Origin: Monocercomonoides exilis PA203
Lineage: Eukaryota; Protista; Preaxostyla
Assembly: GCA_001643675.2 (NCBI GenBank)
Contig: LSRY02000007.1
Span: 1,116,001 to 1,180,000 of the forward strand
Direction of reading: 5' to 3'
Length of the DNA: 64,000 nt
Shown: piece after piece, positions 25,960 to 38,430 of the stretch
How the letters are laid out: each line of letters starts with the position of its first letter
Numbering within the stretch: position 1 is the stretch's first letter
Position numbers and translations under genes: made by a program
The notes under the pieces: generated by a model
Database searches by the model: none
Told to the model about the DNA's origin: nothing
What the model saw: the letters and a program-made list of their open reading frames with translations, nothing else

Positions 25960-26470
25960 TGATACATGAGCTCCATCAGAAATCTCATCACTTGAAGTGT
26001 TATCATCCTTTGGAACAAAAATTTCATCGAAATCATCTTTATTTGGAACACCATTTTCGATTTATTCTTCTTCTTCTATGATTTCTCTCTCGTTTTCTCT
26101 TCCATTGTCTATATATCCCCCTATATTCAAAAAAGAAACTTTCACAGTTTTTTTCACCATCCAAAAAGAAAGATAGTCTCCAACATATTTCTCCCTTATG
26201 CCATGTCTTGGAAAAAAAGATCTCAGATATGACCACATTCCTTCCACTGTATTTGTAAATGCATGCGAAATTGGATCCACATAACTCTTTGAAAGATTCA
26301 TTGTTTGATGAATGAAACCATGATCCTTCAAGCTGCTGTACGCACGCCATTCATCGCTCATTATTGTTGTTCCTGGATGGATATGAGATTTTATTTGAGG
26401 AACAAGTGCTTCGGAACTTCGATCAGGTTCAATAAAAAACAAATCTGGGTCATTATTTTTCATATCATAA
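25960..26470 (-). mobile_element. IS1595/ISXO2 (Merlin) transposase, C-terminal fragment
   Basis: IHPGTTIMSDEWRAY...VDPISHAFTNTVEGMWSYLR motif set. Confidence 0.85.
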
Positions 26471-27204
26471 CTTTGTACGGAGTTTGATCTTTTTTTTTTA
26501 AGATTGCGGTAAGGGACAAATAAGTAATAAGCTCATGTTGAAAATTCAATGAAAAAGAAACTTGATTGAATTGGAAAATAACTATCAAAAAATATAGTTT
26601 TCTTCATTTCAACCATTATAACAGTTTTTTTTTTTTGCAAATTTTCAAATTTTTTGATCATTTAGAATTGCGATGCTATACATGCACAACTCACGTCAAA
26701 TGAGTATGGAAGGTTAAGTGTGATTCGATGAAATGGGTGGTTTTTTTTGATATCATTAAAAAAGATCAAAAATTTGAGAAATTAAGTCTATTGTGGTAAT
26801 TATTGATCAAAGAGTTAAATTGACTTTTCATGAGTATTCAGCCTTTAAAACTGTGATTTATAAATGTTTTATTTATTTCCATTAAAAACACACCTTTTTA
26901 ATGTTTTTGGTGAAAATGAATTTTTTTATCAAGTTTTATAAAAATTTACACAAAACAAATAAATGAAACTTCTAAAGGAAAAGAGAAGCGTCGTAATTGG
27001 AAAATCAAAACATTGTTAAGAGATAGTTTATAAAGAGGAACAGAAAAGAAGATAAGAAAACAAAATTATAGAAATTAATTGATCAAAATCAGTTAATATA
27101 TTTTTTGTTCTTTCCTTTGAATAGCCAACAAATCTCCATTTTTTTAATTCTGTTCAATAGCTTCATCAATTTTTGAACGAAATCGTGAACCATTGGATTA
27201 AACG

Positions 27205-27432
27205 ATATTTAACAGCTGTCTCCCTCTTTTAGCCCAGAACAAAATTGTTGCCAGCAATGGAACAGATGTTTATGCCTGTTACAAAACACAGCAAAGCCCA
27301 TGTGACACCATGGAGTATGCCCTCAACGGCTTCATTGCTCCATTCAGTGATGACTCTCTCTCTCTTCTCGTCTCCATTTTTACTCCTACAATGACTCTCA
27401 CATTCAGCGCAGCTGACACAAAAATCATTGAT
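27205..27432 (+). pseudogene. Orphan fragment of the giant surface-protein family
   Basis: Translates IFNSCLPLLAQNKIVASNGTDVYACYKTQQSPCDTMEYAL...DTKII, which aligns with FNSWLPIIDQNKIVANSGSDVDACGKTQQSPCATVEYAL...DTKII at ~15935-16155 (-). Confidence 0.8.
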
Positions 27433-28062
27433 AACAATAACCTTTTTCCAATTTCATTATAATTTCTTCAATTATTTCTTCTTCTAATTTTGAACAATTT
27501 TTATATTATTGTAAAGCTCATGAGTTTTCGACGTCTTTTCACAAGAAGCTGATTTTTTCAAAAATCCTTAACGTCAGCTCAGATAAAAACAATTCTTTAA
27601 ATTTTCTTCATCTATTTTCTCCTTTTCATCAAATGCAAATTCCACTTGTTGCTTTAAGGAATCATCTATTTCTTCTCTTCAATATGCATCTCTTCGATCA
27701 TATCAGAAAGTTCTTCAAAAGCATTTATTTCTTCAACATTCAGATTTCAACTTGCTTGTAACAGATTAGCGCAACTACCTCTTTGGAATTTCTCTTCAAA
27801 TCTGCCTTTTCCCAAAAATTGCTTTTCCTCTTCATTTCACTTCAAACAATTCGCTGTGGTTTCGTAGCTGTGAAATCTGTCGAAGACTATTTTTGAATCA
27901 ATTCACCCCAAATATCCTATCCTGCCCTGCTCCTTCTGTTTTCTGTGAATTCTTTCAATCTTAAAACGAAAAGGTCAGAATAGATTTTCTTTCCGATTGC
28001 ATTCCTGATAATCGGTTAATATTGATTTGAAATTGAATCTCTTCCTTTGACATATAATTTTT

Positions 28063-30911
28063 TCAGATATTCCATGATAGAATAAATATTCCTTTTGTAT
28101 TTCTGAATGTGAATGAAAGTGACAAACTATGTCGAATTCGAGGGGAGTTGAATGCAAGAGAAGGAGAAGAAGAGAGAGCAGAAAGTTTGAGTGGAGGAAG
28201 TGATCCAGGAGTAGCAGGATTAGCAGAAGATGGATGAACAGCTTGAAATAAAAGGAAGGGAGATGAAGAGATTCTGAGCAAAGGAGAAGATTGCTGTTGG
28301 GTGTTCATACAAGGACGAATTGACAATCGAAGAAGTTCAGTGAGAAAGAGGATGAAGAGCAATGTTTGCATTTGAAGCGAAATCAGCATATAATCAAAAG
28401 GCGCAACCAAATTGAGCACAGGGTGTTTCTGCATCAGATCCATCACGATTGAATTCTTCTTCTACGTGAAGAAAGACTCAAATTTTGAGAACGACAGCTC
28501 ATCTCTTCTCACAGGCACGCTGTTCTGACTGAGTGTTCTTATCCCTTTCTCCTTCTGAAACAGTAGCTGTGATCCTTTCCCTGCTCCTTTCCTTTACTTA
28601 CTGTGAGTAATTTCTGTTTCCTCTTTGTACCGCCACCATCCCCTCCACTTCATCCCTCTTCCTCTTCTCAACTCTGCCCGGCTCTGCCTCAGCCCATTCT
28701 TCAGCGCACTCATCAGATCCAACCGCGTTCTCGTCTACATCGCGTCGACTTCTGCATACACAGGCACTTTCCTCATCTTCCACACAAATTGCCCTTTTTC
28801 CTCGCTTTTGATTCGCACATAGCGGCAAGGCACATCCAGTTCATCGCTCAAATCTTCAAAGTCAGAATTAGTTAAATCATTCAACATGCAGTCCAATTTC
28901 AGTTCACTTGTCAAAATTGGCGTTTGGCTTTCTTTCGCCTCTTGTGGCGCATCGCTTGCCATTTTGTTCTCTTTCTGGTTGATCTGTGTGCCTGTCCCAA
29001 GGTGTGATTGTAATATTTCTTGGATGCTGCTTTACAGATTTTTGTCTTTTTCTTCTTTCTCAATTTTCCTGCGCTCCCGCTTTTCTATCTTCTTCCGCCT
29101 CCTCTCTTTCTCTTCTTTCTCCTCCTTCTTCTTCTTTTGTATTTCCTGTAGCTTCATCAGCCGAAATAGTTTTTCTCTCTGATCATCAGATTCCAATGAA
29201 TTATACGTAATCTTCGCCTCTTCATCGTCCACTTTCCCTTTCTCATCCTGAAACTCATCTTGCATCGCCCTTGTCACTTCTTTGTTCAAATCCTTCATTC
29301 CCATCACACTCAACGTCACCCCTCCTCCTCCTCCTCCAATTCCTCCTCCTCCAACAGCAGGTGACAGCGGAGTTGTAGGTGCACCAACAGCTCCTCTCCC
29401 CATCTCCATCTCTTGGCTGTACGCAATCAACGCTTTCCCTCCGACTCCTCTCCATCCGCCGTCCATTCGCTTCCCTCGCGTAAAGTGTATCGTTCCAAAG
29501 GCGCCTCTTCATGAAGTATATTGCATAGGCTGTGGAGTAGGTGATGTTGTGTTGTTATGCTGCTGCTGTTTTTGCTGAGCTTGCGATGAAAGAGGCTCTG
29601 GTTTTGGCTCTTCTTAATATGACTCGTCCTTTTTGAATCTTTTTATTGATTCAATAGCGTTTGCATTCTTTTCTGCTTCTGTTTATGTTCGAATCATCAT
29701 CATCATTTTCTTCATTCTCATCTTTCGTGTTATCTTCATCGCTTTTTTCTTCTTCCTTACTTCTATTTTCATTCACAGAATTATTCCATTCTTTCTCTTC
29801 TTTCTCACCTTTTTCGCCATCCCCCTCATTTTTGAAGCACTCACATTAATTCCTGGTCTTTTAATCGATTCATCAATCGGTGTCGGAGAAAGCAGCAGGT
29901 TTGGTCTGACCATCAAAAGCACTTCATTCACAACAGAATCACGCTGAAGCTCAAGCGCCTGGTAATATCTTCGCATCAGCCTCTGTTTCTCTCTCTGTTT
30001 GTGTCTCTTCTCTCTTCTCTCTTCTTCATCACTGATGATGGAGCTGTCGGAAAGGAATTCACTTTCTTCATTTTTCTTTATTTCCTTCAAAGAATCTCTT
30101 CTAATCAACGATAAACTCTGATTTTTTTCTGCTTTCACTTCATTTTCTTTTTCATCATCATTGTTATTTTCATCATTTGCAGATTTCAATGCCTTCCTCA
30201 TCTTAATCAGTTCTCCTGTTCTTCTCTCCTCTCTTCTCTCGTTCCTAGCTTCTCTCTCACTTTCCTTCGCTCTCTCTCTTTCTCTCTTCCTCTTCTCCAG
30301 ATTCTCAACAAACCACTTTACCGTCCGAAACTTTGCAAACAGCGGCAGCGCCTGAAATGCATCTGGAGGGAGAACAAAATATTGTCTTTTCTTTCTTCTT
30401 CCGAACTGCTGCCTCATCCTCCTCATCTGCTACTCTTCGCTTGTCAGAAATCTGTTGCGCAAAAATCGACGCAACGAGGAAGAAGAAAATAGTGAAGAGG
30501 GCGATGAACTTGGGGCTTCTTCGACTTGTGCACGGCAGTTGAGATAGCATCGGAGGAGGAGAGGGAGCATTGCTCTTATGCGGAGCGCATTTTAATCTCA
30601 GAGCAATAGTGTGATCAAGGGTGGAGAGAGAGAGAGAGAGAGAGATCGGTCATTGCTGGAGAAGATGTGGATGAAGAGGAGGAAGAGGAAGGTAAATGAG
30701 AAGGTAATAGCCGATGAAGTGAAAGCAAGGAATCATTGGTCTTAGTCGGAGATGCGCCTGTACACGTTCCAGAAAATGAATGAGTCAAAGATGTTTGTGA
30801 AGAATTTTGATTATTTTTTCTTTTGCCTTTGTCATCTAGGGGCATAAAATGAATTTTGAAGAGTTGCTTCTTGTGGTGAAAGGACCACAGGAAGAGGCAG
30901 ACGCGGCGCAT
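28063..30911 (-). pseudogene. Disrupted low-complexity/coiled-coil protein gene of unknown function
   Basis: ORFs 29032..29466, 28735..28962 and 28063..28446 share one frame broken by TAA/TAG; further TGA and frameshifts upstream. Confidence 0.45.
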
Positions 30912-31077
30912 GTTTTCTTATGAAGTCTTCGATGGTTTCGTCCATTTCTGCTTTTTCGGCTCTTTCTTGTGGTGAATTCACTTCTAACTGTTCATTAAAA
31001 AAGGAAGATGAAAATGATCAGTTTTCTATTTTTCTTTCTCGAAGAATTTGACTGTTGCTGTTTTTGATGACGATGTC

Positions 31078-31122
31078 GAAGAAGAAGAAGAAGAAGAAGA
31101 AGAAGAAGAAGAAGAAGAAGAA
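31078..31122. repeat. (GAA)n microsatellite
   Basis: About 14 tandem GAA units. Confidence 0.9.
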
Positions 31123-31628
31123 TAAGTTAAAGAATTTAGAGAAGGTGAGGAAGAAGGAAATGATGAAGAAGAAAGTGAAGAAAGTGAAGAAGATGAGATG
31201 ATGAAGAAAATAAATATTTTTCGCGATTGACAAATCCATAAAAAATTCAAAAAAATTCCAAGGAAGAAGTTGGGCGGTTCCATGTGATTTTGTTTACTAA
31301 ATGAAACATCTCATTTAACAAGTTAACTTCGTAAGGATACAATAATCCTGATTGCTACATAAATGGCTAAAAGATTCAAGTTAATCAATAAAGCTTGATT
31401 TCTTCAAATCAACTCACTTTCTTTCAACAATTTCCTCTCTTTTCCCTTCAAAAATAAAAAATGAAGATATCTCTCAATTTCCACTCCTTTCCATTTTCCT
31501 CTTCCATTCAGCTCTCAAAATCATCAATTGAAGAACAGAGTTTTTTAATTCTCCAGAACAAACAAAACTACCACACCTCTTGTTATAGGAGAAGAGCCTG
31601 TATTAAGGGCTCAGTCGCTTATCAGATC

Positions 31629-32423
31629 ATGGATATTGAAAACACTGCAACAGGACCTGCATCGGGGCTGGGTAGTATTTTTACACTCAGCGGATTAACG
31701 GGCGGCGTGGGCTTATCTCAACCTACCTCCTCAAGCAGTGTACCACCTATGCAACCGGCACAATTTTCATCAGGAGATACCTCTTCCGATTCATCACCTA
31801 ATGGAAAAAATATTTTTGCCGCATTATGCAGAGAATTATTTGGGTCAGAAACCTCACAATCCATCTTTGATCTGAAAATCGACTCACCTGATATAGCAGA
31901 TACAGTTTCATTTTATGAATCATTTTCATACACCCCCTTTATCCCATCCAAGGTTCACGAATTTGCAAGATCATCAAACTGGATAAAGGACGCTCTAAAC
32001 TCTAGTGGCTGGAGAGTTGAACGCTACTTAATTCAAGCAGTGAAGGCACTAATACTAACACACGCAGATGCGCCTGAGAAACAGGAAAGACTATACGATG
32101 AGATGATGCTTGTGATTTCGGGTCTCCAAGAAGCAAGGCACTCTAGGATCCAAGCAGAATACGGATTTGCCGCAGCTAAAGTGCTTCGAGTGGAAACAGA
32201 GGACCCAATTGTCTCAGGTAAAAAATTGTCCAAGATCAAACCATTTCTCGAGGCAAGGAGAGCTCGATCGCAACCATCGCAGCACCAACTCCACAATAGA
32301 AGAAGATTTTTTCGGCTTCCGGCCCGAAGCATCGGGCCTGCCCAGTTCCGAACGAGAACATCTGCCAGACAACATAGACAAACAGGGAAATGGTTCAGAA
32401 GCCGGGGGACTTCCAAAATTTAA
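31629..32423 (+). CDS. DIRS ORF1 (gag-like)
   Basis: ATG just after the left ITR; basic C-terminus; overlaps the pol frame. Confidence 0.65.
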   Translation: MDIENTATGPASGLGSIFTLSGLTGGVGLSQPTSSSSVPPMQPAQFSSGDTSSDSSPNGKNIFAALCRELFGSETSQSIFDLKIDSPDIADTVSFYESFSYTPFIPSKVHEFARSSNWIKDALNSSGWRVERYLIQAVKALILTHADAPEKQERLYDEMMLVISGLQEARHSRIQAEYGFAAAKVLRVETEDPIVSGKKLSKIKPFLEARRARSQPSQHQLHNRRRFFRLPARSIGPAQFRTRTSARQHRQTGKWFRSRGTSKI

Positions 32424-34317
32424 TAGGAGGCAGGACTCAGATGTTTGCACAGGAGTGGAGGAGCATAGGAGTGAAGTACACAACAACCTTTGGAGTTCGC
32501 CCAGTTTGGAAAAGAAAATCTGCGAAAGAAAAGTTAATGAAGGAGGTTTATTTGCGAAGAGGCTTCATTGGCACAAGAAAGGAAGAAGAAGAGTGTGCCA
32601 AATGGATACAAGAGAGCTTGTCCAACAACATCTTATACGAAATCAAAGAAGGAGAGGCAAAATGTTTGAACACGCTTTTCTTTATAAAGAAAAAGAACGG
32701 GAAATATCGACAGATCCTCGATTGTCGCACCTTGAACAAAGCAATAAAGGACATTCACTTCAAATCCGAAGACCACAAGACACTGGAGAAGCTCCTCCGC
32801 AAGGACGATTATACGGTTGCAATAGACCTCTCACAAGCCTTCTTCCTTGTTCCCGTACACAAAGATTTCACTCCCTTTCTTGCTTTCGGCTTCAGAGAGA
32901 GGACATTCGCATTTAAAGGTCTCCCCTACGGTTACAAATATGCTCCACGAATATTTTTACAAAGCTGATGAGGAAGGTTGTGCAGAAGGTTCGGAAAAGG
33001 TGGAGTGTGAGATGTTTGAATTATCTCGACGATATTATCATTTTGCACGAGGACAAAAACGCCTTGCAGAAAGCTACAACAGGAATCGTTCACTGGTTCA
33101 ACAAGCTCGTTCTTGTTGTCAACGAAGAGAAGAGCAGGAAAACTCCAAGAAAAACCTTCTCCTTTCTTGGTTGGACATGGAAGACTCGTGTGATGAAGGT
33201 CGCATTGGAGACGAAGCGCAGGTCCTCGTTGCAGAAGAAGATAAAACGGTGGACGAATTTGGCATCGGAGGAAACATCAATCAAGACAAAAGACTTCGCA
33301 TCACTTGTTGGAGAAATCAGCGCAACTCGATTCGTCTACGCAGAAACCTCTCTACACATGAACAGATTATATAAGGAGCTCAACAATGCAGTCAGGAAAA
33401 CCGGACGGACTGGTGCGATGAATCTGAATCATTCCATCAGGGAACAGCTTCAATATTGGAAAACGAGACTGAGAGAGAAGGAGGAAAGACCTTGGGTGTT
33501 GTTTGCAATTCCAGACGCGACGTTGACAACCGATGCTATTCACTGGGCCTGTGGTGCAACCCTTCGAATAAGCAGCTTTCTGTACCACTTCCATCAAGCT
33601 TTCACTCGAGTATTCCTCAACCAGTCATCCAATTTCAAGGAGATGTTGGCTGTCCTTTTGGCACTCAAACATTTTCACCATCTCATAGCCTAACACAATG
33701 TCCGAAGGATTCTTCTGAGATCAGACAACACCTCCGTTGTATACGACATCAATCGCTGGACAGCGGGAAAGAATCTCCTGGCTCTTACGAGGAAGATCAG
33801 ACAATGAACAACAGAATGGAATATTCACCTGTAAGCAATTCATTTCCCAGGAGCAAAGAACCTGACAGCGGATGCCCTCTCAAGACTTCAACGCGCAGGT
33901 GACTACGAAATAACAGACGAAGCATTAAGAGAGTTGGAACATCGGTTAGATCTTACAATCGAACAGGACGCATTCGCAAGCGCTACAAACAGGAAGACAA
34001 TGACTTGGTTTGGACCAGGAAGTCCAGAGCTGGAGGACGGACCACAAGCAGATTGGAAATGGGCGGTGACTCTGGTGCATCCACCGATATTTCTAATTCT
34101 CCCTTGCTTAAGGAAGATTCGGGAGGAACAGGCGAGAGCAGTGATTCTTCTTCCAGCCTGGAGGTTCCAGGTCTGGACCCCTTTTCTGAGAGAGATGACG
34201 ACATCTTTCATGAGATGGAGTGATTCGAGGAAAATATTGAGGGCAGGTCCAGGAATGAAGAGGTCAGGAGCATCACTCCCCCCGGGACCTTACTTAGCAG
34301 CAAGACTCAACTGGTAG
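32390..34317 (+). pseudogene. DIRS pol: reverse transcriptase, RNase H, Dam-like methyltransferase domain
   Basis: KKKNGKYRQILDCRTLN, IDLSQAF, LPYG, YLDD, FLG; TTDA, SNFKE, SDN, ADALSR; DAFAS...HPP...LPAW. Frameshift ~32960; stops at 33691, 33805, 33832. Confidence 0.9.
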
Positions 34318-35345
34318 CACAAAGAGGAGAACAGTGGTGGAACAGCGGTCTTCGAAGATGCAATGTTCCCGAAGCAACAATCACCGAAGCAAAAAATAAT
34401 GTATCGACTTCAATTTGGACAGCCCACACATTCGGATTCGCGCATGTCTCCCAGTCCTGGGCCGAGGAAAATTGTGCAGAATTTCCACAAGACTTCTTAG
34501 AATGGTGTCGAAGGTGTGCCATGCTTTTTGTTTAACTAAAGGAAAAGGGATTCCCCTTCTCCTGCATGTGCGCCACGAGATCCGCAATTTCTCAATTCTC
34601 AAGAATGAGTTATGGAAAGGACATTTAGCAAGTCCCAATTATTAAGACAATCTTCCGCTTCTTCCACCGTTCCCATGTTCATAGAAAACCTTACACATAT
34701 ATGTGGTCGCCCACCGTGGTCTTCGATTTCTACAACTCACGGCCGAACAATATGGATCTATCCTTCTATGAACTTACAGTTAAGTGCATACTGCTTTGCG
34801 TGCTATTCACAGCATACAGCTTCCACGAACTCGAACAACTATCGATGAGTAAATCCATTTTCAATAACGATGCCATCCGCCTTCACACTCACCTGAAAAC
34901 ATCCATTCCCCCGAGTTATCTCACAATTCCTTTCTTAGGAGACGCAGATGAGAAGATCTGCCCAGTAAGAGCAGTCAACTGCCTTTGGGAAAGAGTTCGA
35001 AGGACCTACGAATCGAGAGACACATTTCTTCTTAACACTACGCATCACACACCGCTGAAGACTTCAGGAATTAGAAAACTGGTAAAACTCGGAATGACGC
35101 AGGTGGGGATCCCACAGGAGTTCAGACCATACACAATCAAGCATGCAGCCATTTCCGCCTTGATCTTGAAGGGAGTACCGGAAGTGCTGATAGCGAGACA
35201 TGCTCGCTTATCACCGACAGCTCACACTCCAACGCGCTCCTATCTAAAAGCCATCCTTGCATCCGACATGGACCATGCGCTGGTTGCTCCTCGACAAGAA
35301 GATCAAACAGCACTTGTTGCTTGCAACTGCCCATCCACTGCCTAA
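34224..35345 (+). pseudogene. DIRS tyrosine recombinase
   Basis: Frame overlaps the MT end; HLKT, CPV, YTIKHAAIS, RSYLK; in-frame TAA 34533 and TAG 34626. Confidence 0.8.
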
Positions 35346-35593
35346 GCACCATTTCTCCCAGCCTCAACTTCACAGGAAACAACAAGCCTCTTCTCAAGAA
35401 CAACTGCGTTCCCACGAGCACCCATTGCGGAACTGAACAACAAACTCAACTCGCAAGTTCCAAGCTCGCAGACAGTGGAGCCGACAAAAGTTTGCAGCAG
35501 AATTGAATATACGACAATAAAAACAGTTCTAACAAGCGAGAATAGTCATATGCAAGCTGACGGATAACGATACCAACAATACTACTCCCTTTT

Positions 35594-35682
35594 CAAGAGG
35601 TGTTAAAGTTATCGTTTGTTCTGGAGAATTAATGAACTCTGTTCTTTAATTTGTATTGAACAAACAAAAGTGCAACAACTCT
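35594..35682. repeat. DIRS internal complementary region (ICR)
   Basis: 35594-35646 is complementary to the left end (31531-31582); 35658-35682 is complementary to the right end (~35913-35937). Confidence 0.8.
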
Positions 35683-38361
35683 ATTTCCCACCACGAGTTT
35701 AGCTCTTCCCACCCTTCGAGTTTTCTATTATTTCACAGTTTGTATTTATACTCGTTTTGTTTCACAACAGTCTCTGTGCACTTTGTTCTTTTGCACTATT
35801 TCCTTATTTTCTTTAGAAAACGTTCAATATTTCAATTCTTTCTCACATCCACCGTTTTTCACTTCAATTGATAAGCGACTGAGCCCTTAATACAGGCTCT
35901 ACTCCCATAACAAGAGGTGTTGTAGTTTTGTTTGTTCTTTATGAAAAAATATCAATCCCATCCTTTTCTTCTCTTTCCCATTCTCTTCCAAAATATCTTC
36001 TCCTTTCATAAAAAAATACACCTCTTCCATTTGAATATTTCTGAATATTCTTCTTCTTTCCCGCCTTTGCCCTGTTTTCTTTCATTTCAAAATCCATTTC
36101 TCCCATCACCAATAAGTCCTCCTTCATCATCCTCAGCCACTTCTCTGCATATTTACTGAATATTTTTCTTCAAATCTCCACCTGTTCCTTCACCATCTTT
36201 TTGTCTCAGAATTTCTTCCTTTCAAAAATCTCTCCCGAAATATAAACTTTCAAAAAAACACTCAACTCCCGCCTCCTGCTACAAAAAATCCCCTTCCATC
36301 TCATCTCTGATCCATATCCCTCATGTGCCTGGTGTTGATGATATAGACATCAAATACTTCTTTTGGTGGTTGAGAATATTATTAAAGGAGATGATCATGA
36401 CAAAAACAGAAAAAACACCTCTGCACATCCAACACAATGTGTACAGGCTGAAAAGACCCTCCAGTGAGATATACAACGTATTTTGTGGAGATGCATTCCA
36501 TGCTGCATTTTCCATTCCGAGACTGAAATGAAGAGATTGTTTTTTTGAATGATGATGGCTGTGGAAATGAAGCTGTTTGGCAAAATGTAGTCGAAGCGCA
36601 GTTTTGTCTTTATTCATTTTTCTAAATATGAATATTAACCTGTTGATGCATTTTTTGTTTCTTTCAGGGCAGTGAGTGAAAATTAATGGAAATGAGAAAA
36701 AACTGGATTCCTCATTGTGCATGGTGACTATGGAGTTGGGAGAGCGAATTCATATGGAAAGTGCCCAGAGTGAAGGGATTGGGAAGGGAATTGGAGATGA
36801 TATTTTCAGACGAAAAACAGGACATTTCTCAATGATGAGAGTGGAATTTGAGCAGAAAACATAAATCTCACATTTTTCAGAAGAGCAAGAAATCGATGAA
36901 TTTGATGGAGAAATGACTTCTGGAAATGAAGGTTGGAGGGTCAGATGTTGAAACGCTGAATATTTATCGATTTCAACTTATTTTTTTTTAAATTCATTTT
37001 CAATAACAATATGTATCATATATTTGAATATGAAATTGATGTATTACATTATCTTAATTATTGTTATCATGTTTTTGAAATCAGTTAACTTATGTTTTAT
37101 TAGGTTTATCGAATTTTCGATATTTTTTTAAGAAATTATTTTTATTTCTCGATATTTGAAATAAAAACATTTGGAAACAAATAAAAATCAACAAATAATA
37201 AATAATAACTATATGTTAATGGATATTTTCTCATTATTTTAGATAAATATTTTTCTATTACGCACATACTTTTTTGATCAAACATCGGAATTTTTTATGA
37301 TATCAAAAAAATCATCCAAATGACTTTTTAAGTGCTTTGAATTAAGTTTCATCTGAAAATGAATAAACATTTGTTATTCTGAATTTGATTAGAAATTGCA
37401 GTTTATTATTTCGTGCGTTATTTTTAATAGAACTTTATTAATGATACGAACAGCATAGATCGATTAAAAGCTATGAAATAGTTTTTTTGTGAATTAATGT
37501 TAATGGAATCTTATTTGATAGAAAAGAAGTTAAAAAATCAAAAATCAAAAATAAAGATAAAGTTATTCTATGATTCCTTTTAAAATATTTTTTCAAAGAT
37601 TTAAAAGAAGAAAAGATCAGAGAATACAATTTTATATTGGGCTGTTTCTTTGTTTATGGATCATTTTTTTTTCTTATTGTTTCAAAACACTGAACATTAT
37701 TTTGTTTGTTGTTTTGGTTGTTGTTTTTGAAATGAGCACATCATTTATCTTTAAGAACAATATTCTTTTTATCAAAATTTTCAGAGATCTTGATAATTTT
37801 TTTTTGAAAAGTTTGATGGAAGAGCTCTAAAAACAAAGCTATAAATGTAACACATCACAAAGGCATATGAATTGAATAAGCAATATCAATGACGTGAATT
37901 TCTCTTGGGAGGTGAACGTGTTAAATGAAGGGGAAAAACCCACACAAATAAACCAAATAAAAACCGTGAGGTAAAAAAAACAATCTCATGAAATGCAAGA
38001 AAGACATATTCAAATTGTTCTGTTTCATTTAATTTAAAAACAGAAGGCAAAAATTTGTTTGAGAAATAACTAGTCAGGCAAGCACATCATCCTTCAGCGT
38101 TCTTTTCCAAATGGAAAATTCAGAATAGCAGGTGCTAAATTTGACATATTTCACATTGTCAACACTTTGCCCAAACGGATCATCAAATAAAATGACAATC
38201 CGACAAGCCATCAAAAAAAATAATTTCAAATAAGATTCTTCTGCTTATCTCTGATCATTCTTGCACTTTATCATCTTGTATTTTTGTCAGAACTCATTCT
38301 TCCACCACATTTCATTCCTCTTTTCTTTCAGCCTTGCATCTGCTATTTCTTCTTTTTGACT

Positions 38362-38410
38362 TTCTTCTTCTTCTTCTTCTTCTTCTTCTTCTTCTTCTTC
38401 TTCTTCTTCC
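38362..38410. repeat. (TTC)n microsatellite
   Basis: About 16 tandem units. Confidence 0.9.
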
Positions 38411-38430
38411 ATTCCTCAATCTCATTCTTT

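Larger units (their letters stand above)
31527..35938 (+). mobile_element. DIRS1-type tyrosine-recombinase retrotransposon, full length, lightly decayed
   Basis: Inverted terminal repeats 31555-31624 / 35869-35938, an internal complementary region 35594-35682, and gag, RT-RNase H-MT and YR frames. Confidence 0.92.
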
